Positions 37,590-46,552 of a DNA stretch of 64,000 nucleotides are shown here, in pieces. The notes below the pieces were generated by a model. The model did not search any database, had not been told where the DNA came from, and saw nothing but the letters and a program-made list of their open reading frames with translations. Made by a program: the position numbers and the translations under genes. Positions within the stretch are counted from its first letter, which is position 1. Each line of letters opens with the position of its first letter. The stretch comes from Candidatus Spongiisociaceae bacterium (GTDB taxonomy: Bacteria > Actinomycetota > Acidimicrobiia > Spongiisociales > Spongiisociaceae), in NCBI GenBank assembly GCA_965202665.1, contig OZ241841.1:1440001-1504000 (forward strand), given 5' to 3'.

Positions 37590-38644
37590 ACCGCGTACCC
37601 CCGGCTGGTGCGCAACACCACCATGAAAAACGGGGCCCCCACGAAGGCGGTGACCACCCCGATCGGCAACTCGGCCGGGCTGACGATGGTGCGGGCCGCC
37701 AGATCGGCCAGAATCATAAAAGCCGCCCCCGCCGCCGCCGACAGCGGAATCAGCGAACGGTAGCTGGCCCCGGCCAGCAGGCGCACCGTGTGCGGAACCA
37801 CGATTCCCACAAAGGCGATCAGGCCGGCCACGGCCACCGCCGCCGCCGTCGCCAAAGTGGCGAACACCACCACCGCCCCCCGCACTCCTACTGCGGAAAC
37901 CCCCAGGCTGGAGGCCTCCTCGTCCCCCACGCTCATCACGTCCAACAACCTGCGCAAGGCGAACAGCGCCCCGCCGCACACCGCGAAGTAGGGGAGGAGC
38001 GTCAACACCTCATCCCAGCCGTTGGTGGCCAGCCGTCCCAAAATCCAGGAGTAAACCTGGCGGACGGCGTCGGTGTTGCGTTGCTGGATGTAGGTTTGCA
38101 CGGCGGTGAAAAAGGCCCCCACCGCCACCCCGGCCAAGATGAGCGACACCGCGCTGCGCCCCCCCGCCGCCCGGCCCACCAGGTAGGTGATGGCCGCCGC
38201 CGCCAAACCCCCGGCGAAGGCGGCCGCGGGAACCAGGCCGGAAGCGGCGGCCGGGAGCAGGGCGATGACGATGGTCGCCCCCAGTCCGCCCCCCGCCGCC
38301 ACGCCCAGCAAATAAGGGTCGGCCAGCGGATTGCGGAACACCCCCTGGTAGGCCGCCCCCGCCATGGCCAGCAGGGCCCCCACCAGGCCGCCCAGGACCA
38401 CCCGCGGCGCCCGGATTTGCCACAGGATGGCCTGTTGCGTTTCGCTCAAAGCCGGGGCGGAGTCCAGCAAGGCCAGCCCGCTGATCTGACGCAGGGCCTG
38501 CCCCGGGTGAATGTCGGCCGGTCCCAGCAGGAACCCGGCGGCGGCCGCCGCCGCCAGGGCCAGCAAAATGGCCGCCATCCACCCCCACCGCATCCGGGCG
38601 GGCGGGGCGGCCGCCGCCGCCGGGGAAACCGCGCCGGGGGGCAA
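37586..38644 (-). CDS. Cobalamin ABC transporter permease (FecCD/BtuC)
   Basis: IRAPR, QGVFRNPLADPYLLG, IAFVGIVVPH, ELPIGVVTAFVGAPFF. Confidence 0.92.
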   Translation of the reverse strand: MPPGAVSPAAAAAPPARMRWGWMAAILLALAAAAAAGFLLGPADIHPGQALRQISGLALLDSAPALSETQQAILWQIRAPRVVLGGLVGALLAMAGAAYQGVFRNPLADPYLLGVAAGGGLGATIVIALLPAAASGLVPAAAFAGGLAAAAITYLVGRAAGGRSAVSLILAGVAVGAFFTAVQTYIQQRNTDAVRQVYSWILGRLATNGWDEVLTLLPYFAVCGGALFALRRLLDVMSVGDEEASSLGVSAVGVRGAVVVFATLATAAAVAVAGLIAFVGIVVPHTVRLLAGASYRSLIPLSAAAGAAFMILADLAARTIVSPAELPIGVVTAFVGAPFFMVVLRTSRGYAV

Positions 38645-38645
38645 A

Positions 38646-40505
38646 TCAGCCCTGGTCGGGGAGGGACTCGCCGACCAGTTGCACGAACTCCGCCAGACGC
38701 GGCCCCCAGCGGCTGGAAACGTCGGCGTCCAAGGCGATGATGTCGCCGTTTCGCACCGCTGTTATGGAATCCCACCCCTCCCGGGCGGAGATGCTTTCCG
38801 CGGTGGTGGTGCAGAACTCCCCGCACCCGAAGAAAATAATGTCCGGGTCGCTTTCCACGATGTGTTCGGCGGACAGTTGCGGATAGTCCCCCGCCGCCTC
38901 CTGCCCGTCGGCGATGTTCTCCAAACCGAACAGCGCGAACACTTGGCCTTGGATGGTGGAGGAAGTGGCCGAATAGTGGGCGTCGTCCAACTCGTAATAG
39001 AAGGTGAGGCCCGCGCCCGCCGGTCCATACTGCTCCGCCAACCGGTCGATCCGGGCCTGCATCTGTTCGCTCAACTCCTCCGCCTGCTCCAAATGACCGG
39101 TGGCCGCTCCCAGCTGCCGGAGTTGTTCGTAAACCTGGTCCAGGTCGGAGGCGGCGCCTTGGATGATGACCGGGATGTCCAACGTTCCCAAAGAGTCCGC
39201 CAACCCGCCCGGGTCGTAGGAGACGACCACCAGGTCCGGTTCGTAGGCGGCGATGGCCTCCACGTTGGGCTGCCAGCCGCTCAAATCGGTGACCGGAACC
39301 CCCTCCGGGTAGTCGGACTGGTCGTCCACCGCCGTAACTTGGCCGCCCGCCCCGATGGCGAACAGCATTTCGGTGGCGGTGGGGGACAGGGAAATAACCG
39401 CCTCCGGCCGCTCCGGCAAGGTGACCGAAAAACCGGTCCCCGACACGGTCACCGGAAAATCGGGTTCCGCCACCTCCTCCTCCGAGCCGTCCCCGGCCGC
39501 CCCCTCCGGATCTACGGGCGGGGGGATGGATTCGCCCACCAGCCGCACCAAATCCACCAGGCGGGGACCCCAGCGGTCGGCCAGTTCGGCGTCCAGGCCG
39601 ATGATATGGCCGTTGCGCACCGCGTTGATGGAGCCCCATCCGTCCCGGTCGGCGATGGCCTGGGCGACGGTCCCGCAATCCTTCTCGCAACTGAAGAAAA
39701 TGATGTCCGGGTTCTGCTCGGCTATGTATTCGGCGGTCAGTTGCGGGTAGTAGCCTTGCGCGGTCAGCAACAGATCGGCTATGTTCACCAACCCGAGAAT
39801 GGCCGCCGCCTCGCCTTGCACGGTTTGGGAAGTGACCGAAAACAGATCTTCGTCCAACTCGTAGTAGTAGGTGCGCTTCTCCCCCGGGGTGCGGAGCCGT
39901 TCACCCACCGCCTCGATTTCCCCCCGCATCCGGTCGCTAAGGGCCACCGCCTCCGTTTCATGGCCGGTGGCGATCCCCAGCTGCAGCATCTGGTCGTAAG
40001 CTTGGTCGATGCTGGGGGCGGGACCTTGGATGATGACCGGGATGCCCATCGCCTCCAAGGCTTCCAAAAGACCGCCCGGATCGTAGGAGATCACCACCAG
40101 GTCCGGTTGGTAGGCGGCGATGTCCTCCGCGGTGGCGTTTTGCCCGTCCAAGTCGGTGGTCGGCGCTTCGGCGGGAAAGTCGGACTGGCGGTCCGCCGCC
40201 GCCACCTGGCCGCCCGCGCCGATGGCGAACAAAATTTCGGTGGCGGTGGGGGACAGGGAAACGATCGCCTCCGGCCTTTCCTCCAAATAAATACTGAACC
40301 CCACCCCTTCCAGCGAAGCCGGAAAGTCGGGGAGGGCGGTGGAGGCGGGGGCGTCGTCCGCCGCGCCGCCCGCGGCCGAAGTCGGCGCCGCCGGTTGGGA
40401 GAGGGGCTCAGTCCCCTGATCGACCGGGGCGGCGTCGGGTTCCGAAGAACCGCAGGCGGCGGCCATCACCGCCATGGCTAGCAAGAAGGAGATTTTTCTC
40501 CGCAT
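38646..40505 (-). CDS. Cobalamin-binding lipoprotein with two tandem BtuF-like domains
   Basis: Lipobox MAAAC; ERPEA..SLSPTATE.LFAIGAGGQV...RWGPRL occurs twice. Confidence 0.88.
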   Translation of the reverse strand: MRRKISFLLAMAVMAAACGSSEPDAAPVDQGTEPLSQPAAPTSAAGGAADDAPASTALPDFPASLEGVGFSIYLEERPEAIVSLSPTATEILFAIGAGGQVAAADRQSDFPAEAPTTDLDGQNATAEDIAAYQPDLVVISYDPGGLLEALEAMGIPVIIQGPAPSIDQAYDQMLQLGIATGHETEAVALSDRMRGEIEAVGERLRTPGEKRTYYYELDEDLFSVTSQTVQGEAAAILGLVNIADLLLTAQGYYPQLTAEYIAEQNPDIIFFSCEKDCGTVAQAIADRDGWGSINAVRNGHIIGLDAELADRWGPRLVDLVRLVGESIPPPVDPEGAAGDGSEEEVAEPDFPVTVSGTGFSVTLPERPEAVISLSPTATEMLFAIGAGGQVTAVDDQSDYPEGVPVTDLSGWQPNVEAIAAYEPDLVVVSYDPGGLADSLGTLDIPVIIQGAASDLDQVYEQLRQLGAATGHLEQAEELSEQMQARIDRLAEQYGPAGAGLTFYYELDDAHYSATSSTIQGQVFALFGLENIADGQEAAGDYPQLSAEHIVESDPDIIFFGCGEFCTTTAESISAREGWDSITAVRNGDIIALDADVSSRWGPRLAEFVQLVGESLPDQG

Positions 40506-40598
40506 AGAACATCCTCCGAAAGTTTCGGGGATGAAGAGAGATCGGGCTAAGTCGCTGGGACCGGCACGATCAACCCTTCGTCCGAGAGCTGATACGCG

Positions 40599-40696
40599 AC
40601 CGCAGGCGCAGGCGTCCTGGCTCGTCCCCCCAGGGGGGCTTGACAGTTGCGGGACAGCGCCGGGCTCGCACCGGACTTCGCTGCTTACTGCGGCGC
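40599..40696 (-). ncRNA. Cobalamin riboswitch
   Basis: Minus strand reads GAAGTCCGGTGCGAGCCCGGCGCTGTCCCGCAACTGT...GAGCCAGGACGCCTGC (B12 box); TATACT -10 at 40724-40729; upstream of btuFCD-cobO. Confidence 0.9.
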
Positions 40697-40788
40697 CCGG
40701 TTGTCTCCCCGGGCCGTAACCCCAGTATAGCGCCTCCCCGGCGACGGTTGGCGAATAGGGCTGCCAAGTGGTGTAATATGGCCTTCCC

Positions 40789-40863
40789 GGGCCCATAGCT
40801 CAGTCTGGTTAGAGCGCATCCCTGATAAGGATGAGGTCCCTGGTTCAAATCCAGGTGGGCCCA
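40789..40863 (+). tRNA. tRNA-Ile(GAT)
   Basis: Cloverleaf GGGCCCA/TGGGCCC; anticodon arm CATCC-CTGATAA-GGATG; GGTTCAAATCC; CCA not encoded. Confidence 0.97.
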
Positions 40864-40918
40864 CCCCCGGCCTCGGCGCGGCGGACGCCCCTCCGTTTTA
40901 TGTAGAATGAGGCGACCG

Positions 40919-40992
40919 GGGGGTGTAGCTCAGCAAGGCAGAGCGCCTGGTTTGCAACCAGGAGGCCGTCGGTTCGAATCCGATCACCTCCA
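40919..40992 (+). tRNA. tRNA-Ala(TGC)
   Basis: G3:U70 pair; anticodon arm CCTGG-TTTGCAA-CCAGG; GGTTCGAATCC. Confidence 0.97.
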
Positions 40993-41018
40993 CGCACCCA
41001 AACTCGGAGGAGGCAACC

Positions 41019-42197
41019 ATGCACAGCGCAGTAATAGTGGATGCGGTTAGAACGCCGGTCGGCAAGCGGGACGGCAAGCTGAAAGGGTTCCACCCGGTTG
41101 ATTTGGCCGCCAAGCCTTTGGCCGCCCTGGCGGAACGCAACGACTTGGACCCCGAACTGGTGGAAGACGTGATCATGGGATGCGTGATGCAGACCGGGGA
41201 GCAGAGCGTCAACGTGGGACGCAACGCCGCCCTGGCCGCTGGTTTTCCGGAGACGGTGGTGGGGACCACCGTGGACCGGCAGTGCGGCTCCGGCCAGCAG
41301 GCCGCCCATTTCGCCGCCCAGGGGGTGATGGCGGGGGCCTACCAGGTGGTGGTGGCGGCCGGGGTGGAATCCATGACCCGGGTGCCGATGGGGATCACCG
41401 CCTCCCAGGGGCCGGGCAAACCCTTCGGCCCGCTGATGAAAGAACGTTACGCGCAGGGGCTGGTGCCGCAGGGCATCTCCGCCGAGTTGATCGCCGAAAA
41501 GTGGGGCCTCGCCCGCCAGGCCTTGGACAAGATCGCCTGCGACTCCCATATGCGGGCGGCGCGGGCGACCGAAGAGGGCCGGTTTGAACGGGAGATTGTT
41601 CCGGTGACCATCACCTTGGAGGACGGCTCCTCGGAGGTGATGTCCAAAGACGAGGGGGTCCGCCCGGGGACCACCATGGAAATTCTGGCCGGCTTGCGTC
41701 CGGTGTTCAAACCGGACGGGGTGATAACCGCCGGCAACTCGTCGCAGATTTCCGATGGGGCGGCGGCCCTCCTGATCATGTCCGAGGAGCGCGCCGAAAG
41801 CCTGGGCTTGCAGCCGATGGCCCGCTTCGTCGGGTTCGCCATGGCCGGGGTGGACCCGGTCACCATGCTCACCGGTCCCATTCCGGCCACCTCCAAAGTT
41901 TTGGAGCGCACCGGCCTTTCCTCCGACGACATTGATCTGTTCGAAGTCAACGAAGCCTTCGCCTCGGTCATCGGGGCCTGGTTGGCCGAACACGGCGGAA
42001 CCGATCCGGACGGACTGTGGAAGCGCACCAACGTCAACGGGGGGGCCATTTCCATGGGTCATCCGCTGGGATGCTCGGGGGCCAAACTGACCACCACCCT
42101 GGTGCACGAAATGGAGCGCAGCGGGGCCCGCTACGGCCTGCAGACCATGTGCGAGGGGGGAGGCATGGCCAACGGGATGATCTTGGAGAGGATATAG
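41019..42197 (+). CDS. Acetyl-CoA C-acyltransferase (thiolase)
   Basis: VDRQCGSG, NEAFA, GHPLG.SG, CEGGG. Confidence 0.95.
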   Translation: MHSAVIVDAVRTPVGKRDGKLKGFHPVDLAAKPLAALAERNDLDPELVEDVIMGCVMQTGEQSVNVGRNAALAAGFPETVVGTTVDRQCGSGQQAAHFAAQGVMAGAYQVVVAAGVESMTRVPMGITASQGPGKPFGPLMKERYAQGLVPQGISAELIAEKWGLARQALDKIACDSHMRAARATEEGRFEREIVPVTITLEDGSSEVMSKDEGVRPGTTMEILAGLRPVFKPDGVITAGNSSQISDGAAALLIMSEERAESLGLQPMARFVGFAMAGVDPVTMLTGPIPATSKVLERTGLSSDDIDLFEVNEAFASVIGAWLAEHGGTDPDGLWKRTNVNGGAISMGHPLGCSGAKLTTTLVHEMERSGARYGLQTMCEGGGMANGMILERI

Positions 42198-42243
42198 CCC
42201 GGGCCTGTTATCCGGGGTCCAAGCGGCGGGGGAGGGCCCCCGG

Positions 42244-42486
42244 ATGAACCCGTTGAACATTCTCATCGCGGTGGCGATCGGGGTGGTCATTTGGAAGTTG
42301 TCCATGCTGGTGTTGCGGGCGGTGGCCAACCCTCCGCCCGACTTGGACCCGGAAGACACGGTGAGCGCCCGCCGCCGGTTCCGATGTTCGGTGTGCGGGG
42401 CGGAGGTGATTATGACCGTCGCCAACCGGGCCGAACCGCAGTCCCCCCGCCACTGCCGGGAGGAAATGGACGAAAAACCGGCATAG
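42244..42486 (+). CDS. Small membrane protein with Zn-ribbon-like motif
   Basis: N-terminal TM, CSVCG...PRHCREEM. Confidence 0.65.
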   Translation: MNPLNILIAVAIGVVIWKLSMLVLRAVANPPPDLDPEDTVSARRRFRCSVCGAEVIMTVANRAEPQSPRHCREEMDEKPA

Positions 42487-42510
42487 CCCGCCCGGGGCGG
42501 TAGGGCGGGG

Positions 42511-42756
42511 TTAGTGGTAGTTGATGGTCATCAGGAAGCCCGCCCCCATCGTTCCCAGGCCTCCCAGCACCATCCATCCGGAAAGTTCGAAAACGTAGCG
42601 GACGACCACTAGCAACACGCCCCCCGCCATCAGGCCGAACATTATCGCCTGATAGAGCTTGGAAGACTCTTTGGCCCCTTTGCCGCCATGAGCGCTTTTG
42701 GGCGGCGTGGGCCGGCTGACCGTCTTGGACTTGCGGCGTCCTTTGGATTGAGGCAT
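42511..42756 (-). CDS. crgA: Cell division protein CrgA
   Basis: MPQSKGRRK, two C-terminal TM helices ending GFLM; canonical position near trpG/pknB. Confidence 0.8.
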   Translation of the reverse strand: MPQSKGRRKSKTVSRPTPPKSAHGGKGAKESSKLYQAIMFGLMAGGVLLVVVRYVFELSGWMVLGGLGTMGAGFLMTINYH

Positions 42757-42832
42757 GCCGCCATTCTACCGGCTCCCAACCGGGCGCGCGCCGTTTGGGC
42801 GGAACGGGGGCCGGGGCGGGTAGGCTGGGGGC

Positions 42833-43393
42833 ATGCGGGTCTTGGTGTTGGACAACTACGACAGCTTCACTTTCAACCTGGTTCAGTATCTGGGCGAGTT
42901 GGGGGCGGAGCCCACCGTGGTGCGCAACGACCAACTCGACTCCGAACAGGCGGCCCGTCTGGGCCCGGAGCGGCTGGTCGTCTCCCCCGGTCCCGGAACC
43001 CCGCAGGAGGCGGGGCATTCCATCGACTACATCCGGCGGTTCTCAAGCGAAATACCGGTGTTGGGGGTGTGCCTGGGACATCAGGCGATCGTGGCCGCCT
43101 TCGGGGGCCGCGTTGAGCGGGCCCCGCGGGTCATGCACGGCAAAACCTCCGCGGTGCGCCACGACGGAAGGGGGATTTTCACCGGCCTGCCCAATCCTTT
43201 CACCGCCACCCGTTACCATTCACTGGCCGCCGCCACCGTCCCCTCCGTTCTGGAAACCTGCGCTTGGAGCGAAGACGATGTCATCCAGGGGGTGCGCCAC
43301 GTTGATTTGCCGGTGCACGGGGTGCAGTTTCACCCGGAGAGCGTGCTGACCACCGAAGGGATGGACATGTTGCGCAACTTCCTGGAGGGATGA
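42833..43393 (+). CDS. trpG: Anthranilate/aminodeoxychorismate synthase component II
   Basis: LDNYDSFTFNL, SPGPG, LGVCLGHQ, TRYHSL, GVQFHPES. Confidence 0.93.
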   Translation: MRVLVLDNYDSFTFNLVQYLGELGAEPTVVRNDQLDSEQAARLGPERLVVSPGPGTPQEAGHSIDYIRRFSSEIPVLGVCLGHQAIVAAFGGRVERAPRVMHGKTSAVRHDGRGIFTGLPNPFTATRYHSLAAATVPSVLETCAWSEDDVIQGVRHVDLPVHGVQFHPESVLTTEGMDMLRNFLEG

Positions 43394-43418
43394 CCGACTG
43401 AACTTCGGTTGCGGCCCG

Positions 43419-44279
43419 TCAGTTGTGGCCGTGCCGGTCGGGGCGGTGATGGATGTCGGACGGGTTCGGCTCCAAATGGATGGACCGTTCATGGGGATGG
43501 CCGGGGTCGGCTTGCCCGTGGTGGGAGTCGTCGAGGAGGTGATGCCCGGGGCCCACTTCCACCAGTTCCCGCTGGTAGGCGACGGCCAGGTTTTCCACCG
43601 TCAAAGCCCGATCGGGGGGGCCGGCGGCCACCACCCGCCCCGCCAGCAGGATTACGAAATCGGCCGCCCTGGCCTCGTCCAGATGATGGGTGGAGATCAC
43701 CACCGTGCGTCCCTGTTTTTTCTCCTGCCGTAACACTTCCCGGATGTCGTTAATGGAAGTTAAATCCAGGCCGGCCGCCGGTTCGTCCAACAACAACACG
43801 TCCAGCTGCGCGGCCAAGCCTTGGGCGAGGAGGGTGCGTTGCATTTCCCCCTCCGACAGGCGGGAGAAGGGCCGGCGGGCCAGATGGGTTACGCCGGTGC
43901 GCTCCATCGCCTCCGCCGCCGCCGCCCGGTCCCGGGCCCGGGCGGGCCGCATCATCATGCTTCCCGAATAGCGTCCCATCAGCACCACTTCCCGCACCGT
44001 CAACGGCAAGGATTCGTTAACTTTGGCGTTCTGCAGCACATAGGCCGCCCGTCGCCGTCCCACCGCTTTGGTATGGACGGTCACCGTTCCCGAATGGGGG
44101 GGAATCAGCCCGGCGATGCCGTTCAGCAAGGTGCTTTTGCCGGCCCCGTTGGGCCCCAGCAGGGCGGTGGCGGACCCCCGGGGTATGTCCACCGACACTT
44201 CCCGCAGGGCGGTGATCGGGCCGTATCGGAATTCGGCCCCGGCGATGGTGATGGCCGCCTCCGGGGACGGGGAGCTCAT
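43419..44279 (-). CDS. Metal (Zn/Mn) ABC transporter ATPase with His-rich tail
   Basis: GPNGAGKST, PLTVREVVLMGRY, LSEGE, LLLDEP, STHHL; C-terminal His cluster. Confidence 0.85.
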   Translation of the reverse strand: MSSPSPEAAITIAGAEFRYGPITALREVSVDIPRGSATALLGPNGAGKSTLLNGIAGLIPPHSGTVTVHTKAVGRRRAAYVLQNAKVNESLPLTVREVVLMGRYSGSMMMRPARARDRAAAAEAMERTGVTHLARRPFSRLSEGEMQRTLLAQGLAAQLDVLLLDEPAAGLDLTSINDIREVLRQEKKQGRTVVISTHHLDEARAADFVILLAGRVVAAGPPDRALTVENLAVAYQRELVEVGPGHHLLDDSHHGQADPGHPHERSIHLEPNPSDIHHRPDRHGHN

Positions 44280-46471
44280 TGCCCGTCCCCGGAGGCGCCC
44301 TCCCCGGCCGGCTCATCGGAGGAATCCTCTTCCGGTTCTTCGTACGTCCCCAAAGACACGGTCACCACCTGGCCGCGGGCGGCTTCCGTATCCGGGCCGG
44401 GGTTCTGCTCCACCACCGTGTCGGCCAAAGCAACGTCGGTCACCGGGGACGTCCCCACCGCTTCTATGCCCAGCCCCAGCAACTCCAGCTGTTCGGCCGC
44501 TTCCTGCAATGTCAGACCCGTCAACTCCGGCACGTTGACGATGGCGGGGCCGATCGACTCCACCAACGTCACCCTCCCGCCCAAGGCCACCTCCGATTCG
44601 GCGGGCGGGTCGGTGCGTATAACCTGTCCGGCCCCCGCCTCGGGATGATTTTCCCGCACCACTTCCACCATCAAACCCAACTCTTCCAAGACGGCCGCCG
44701 CCTGCTCGGCCGCGCTGTCGGCCAAGTCGGGAACCACCACCGTGTTCCGGCCCTGCGAGACCGTGATTTCCACTTGCGAGCCGGGCGCGGCTTCGGAGTC
44801 GGCGGCCGGGTTCTGCGCCGACACCAGGCCCTCCTCCACCTGGTCGGAGGTTTCCCGGCGGATATCCACTTCGAAACCCTGGCCTTCCAAAAGGCCGACG
44901 GCCCGCTCTTCGCTCATCCCGAACACCGACGGCACCACCGCCGGCACCGGGCCGATGGAAACGGTGAGGGTGATGACCGACCCCGGCGGAGCGTCTTCCC
45001 CGGCGGCCGGGGACTGGGCGATCACCTCCCCCACCCCCGCTTCGGAGTTGGCCGCCTCCACCGCCATGGCGAACCCTTGGCCGCGCAGTTGGGCGGCGGC
45101 CCTTTGCTGGGTGGAGCCGACCACGTTGGGCACCGCCACCAGGTCGGGACCGGCCGACACCACGATGGACACCACCGCCCCCTCCTCCGTTTCCAGCCCG
45201 GTGCGGGGTTCGGTGCGGATAACCAGGCCGGCCCCCACCGTTTCGCTGGTTTCCGCCACCGGGGTCACCCGGAATCCGTCTTCCTGCAACCGCTGACGGG
45301 CTTCTTCCTCGGTCAGGCCGGCCACGTCCGGCACCCGCAGGGAAACGGCCGGAGGCGGGACGGTGGCGGCGGGCGGGGCTTCGTTGGACAGGTTGTTGAG
45401 CAGAAAGTAGATGCCGAACACCAGGGCGGCCGCCACCGTCACCGAGCCGATGATGGCCGGCAGGTTGGCGGAGCGGCGCCGGGGCGGGGACATGCGGCGG
45501 TAGGCCTCCTCCGGGGAGACGGTGGGAGGGGGCAGGTCGGTGTAGGAGCGGCGGGAGGCGTTGTCCGCCCCCGGTTCCAACACCCGGGAGGGGGCCTCGG
45601 CGGAGTTTGGCTCGGCCGAGGAAGGGGGGGCGGCTACCGGGGCCGGTTCCCCCCGCAGGAAAAACAGCAAATCCCGCCGGATCTCATCCGCCGACTGGTA
45701 ACGATCGGCGGGGGTTTTCTGCAAGGCTTTGCCCACGATGGCGTCCAGCTCCGCCGGAACGTCCGGGTTGATGAGGCTGGGGGCGGGCGGTTCGGTCGCC
45801 ACATGCTGGTAAGCCACCGAAACCGGCGTTTCGCCGCTGAAGGGGGGGCGTCCGGTCAGCATCTCGTAGAGCACCACCCCCAGGCTGTAAATGTCCGACC
45901 GGCCGTCCGCCGATTCGCCCCGGGCCTGCTCCGGGCTGAAATAGGTGGCGGTTCCGATCACCGAACCGGTGCGGGTCAGTTCCTGCGAGTCGTCCCAAGC
46001 CCGGGCCACCCCGAAGTCGGTCACTTTCACCGTTCCGTCCGTCGCCAGCAAAATGTTGCCCGGCTTGTTGTCCCGGTGGATCACCCGGTTGCGATGGGCC
46101 ACTTCCAGGGCGGAGGCAACTTCCACCGCGATTTCCGCCGCCCGCCGGGGGAGCAGCAAACCCTCCTTTTTGAGAATTTCCCGCAACGACCGGCCCCGGA
46201 TTAATTCCATCACGATGAAATAGGTCCCGTCGTCCTCCCCCCAGTCGTAGATGGACACGATGTTGGGATGGGCCAGGTTGGCGGCCGCTTGCGCCTCCTT
46301 GCGGAACCGGGCCACGAAGGTTTCGGTGGAGGCGAACTGGGGATGGAGGATTTTCACCGCCACCTGCCGGTCCAGCATCAGGTCGCTGGCTTCGAACACA
46401 TCGGCCATGCCGCCCCGGGCGACGTGCGCCGTCAGTTGATAGCGGCCTGCCAATGCTTGTGACGTTTCCAT
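44276..46471 (-). CDS. pknB: Ser/Thr protein kinase with five PASTA domains
   Basis: GGMADV, VAVK, HRDNKPGN, VKVTDFG, GTATYFSPEQA, a TM helix, and five VPxxxG-type PASTA repeats. Confidence 0.93.
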   Translation of the reverse strand: METSQALAGRYQLTAHVARGGMADVFEASDLMLDRQVAVKILHPQFASTETFVARFRKEAQAAANLAHPNIVSIYDWGEDDGTYFIVMELIRGRSLREILKKEGLLLPRRAAEIAVEVASALEVAHRNRVIHRDNKPGNILLATDGTVKVTDFGVARAWDDSQELTRTGSVIGTATYFSPEQARGESADGRSDIYSLGVVLYEMLTGRPPFSGETPVSVAYQHVATEPPAPSLINPDVPAELDAIVGKALQKTPADRYQSADEIRRDLLFFLRGEPAPVAAPPSSAEPNSAEAPSRVLEPGADNASRRSYTDLPPPTVSPEEAYRRMSPPRRRSANLPAIIGSVTVAAALVFGIYFLLNNLSNEAPPAATVPPPAVSLRVPDVAGLTEEEARQRLQEDGFRVTPVAETSETVGAGLVIRTEPRTGLETEEGAVVSIVVSAGPDLVAVPNVVGSTQQRAAAQLRGQGFAMAVEAANSEAGVGEVIAQSPAAGEDAPPGSVITLTVSIGPVPAVVPSVFGMSEERAVGLLEGQGFEVDIRRETSDQVEEGLVSAQNPAADSEAAPGSQVEITVSQGRNTVVVPDLADSAAEQAAAVLEELGLMVEVVRENHPEAGAGQVIRTDPPAESEVALGGRVTLVESIGPAIVNVPELTGLTLQEAAEQLELLGLGIEAVGTSPVTDVALADTVVEQNPGPDTEAARGQVVTVSLGTYEEPEEDSSDEPAGEGASGDGQ

Positions 46472-46552
46472 CTGAATGCTCCAAAATCTAGTGAGCGCGG
46501 GCGGTTATCGGGGACATCTCCCGCGCTTGCCGCCGCCGTCGGCCACGGATGC

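Noticed and set aside
40789-40992. rRNA operon spacer or tRNA-targeted integrative element
   Set aside because: No 16S/23S sequence, integrase or duplicated tRNA 3' end found.
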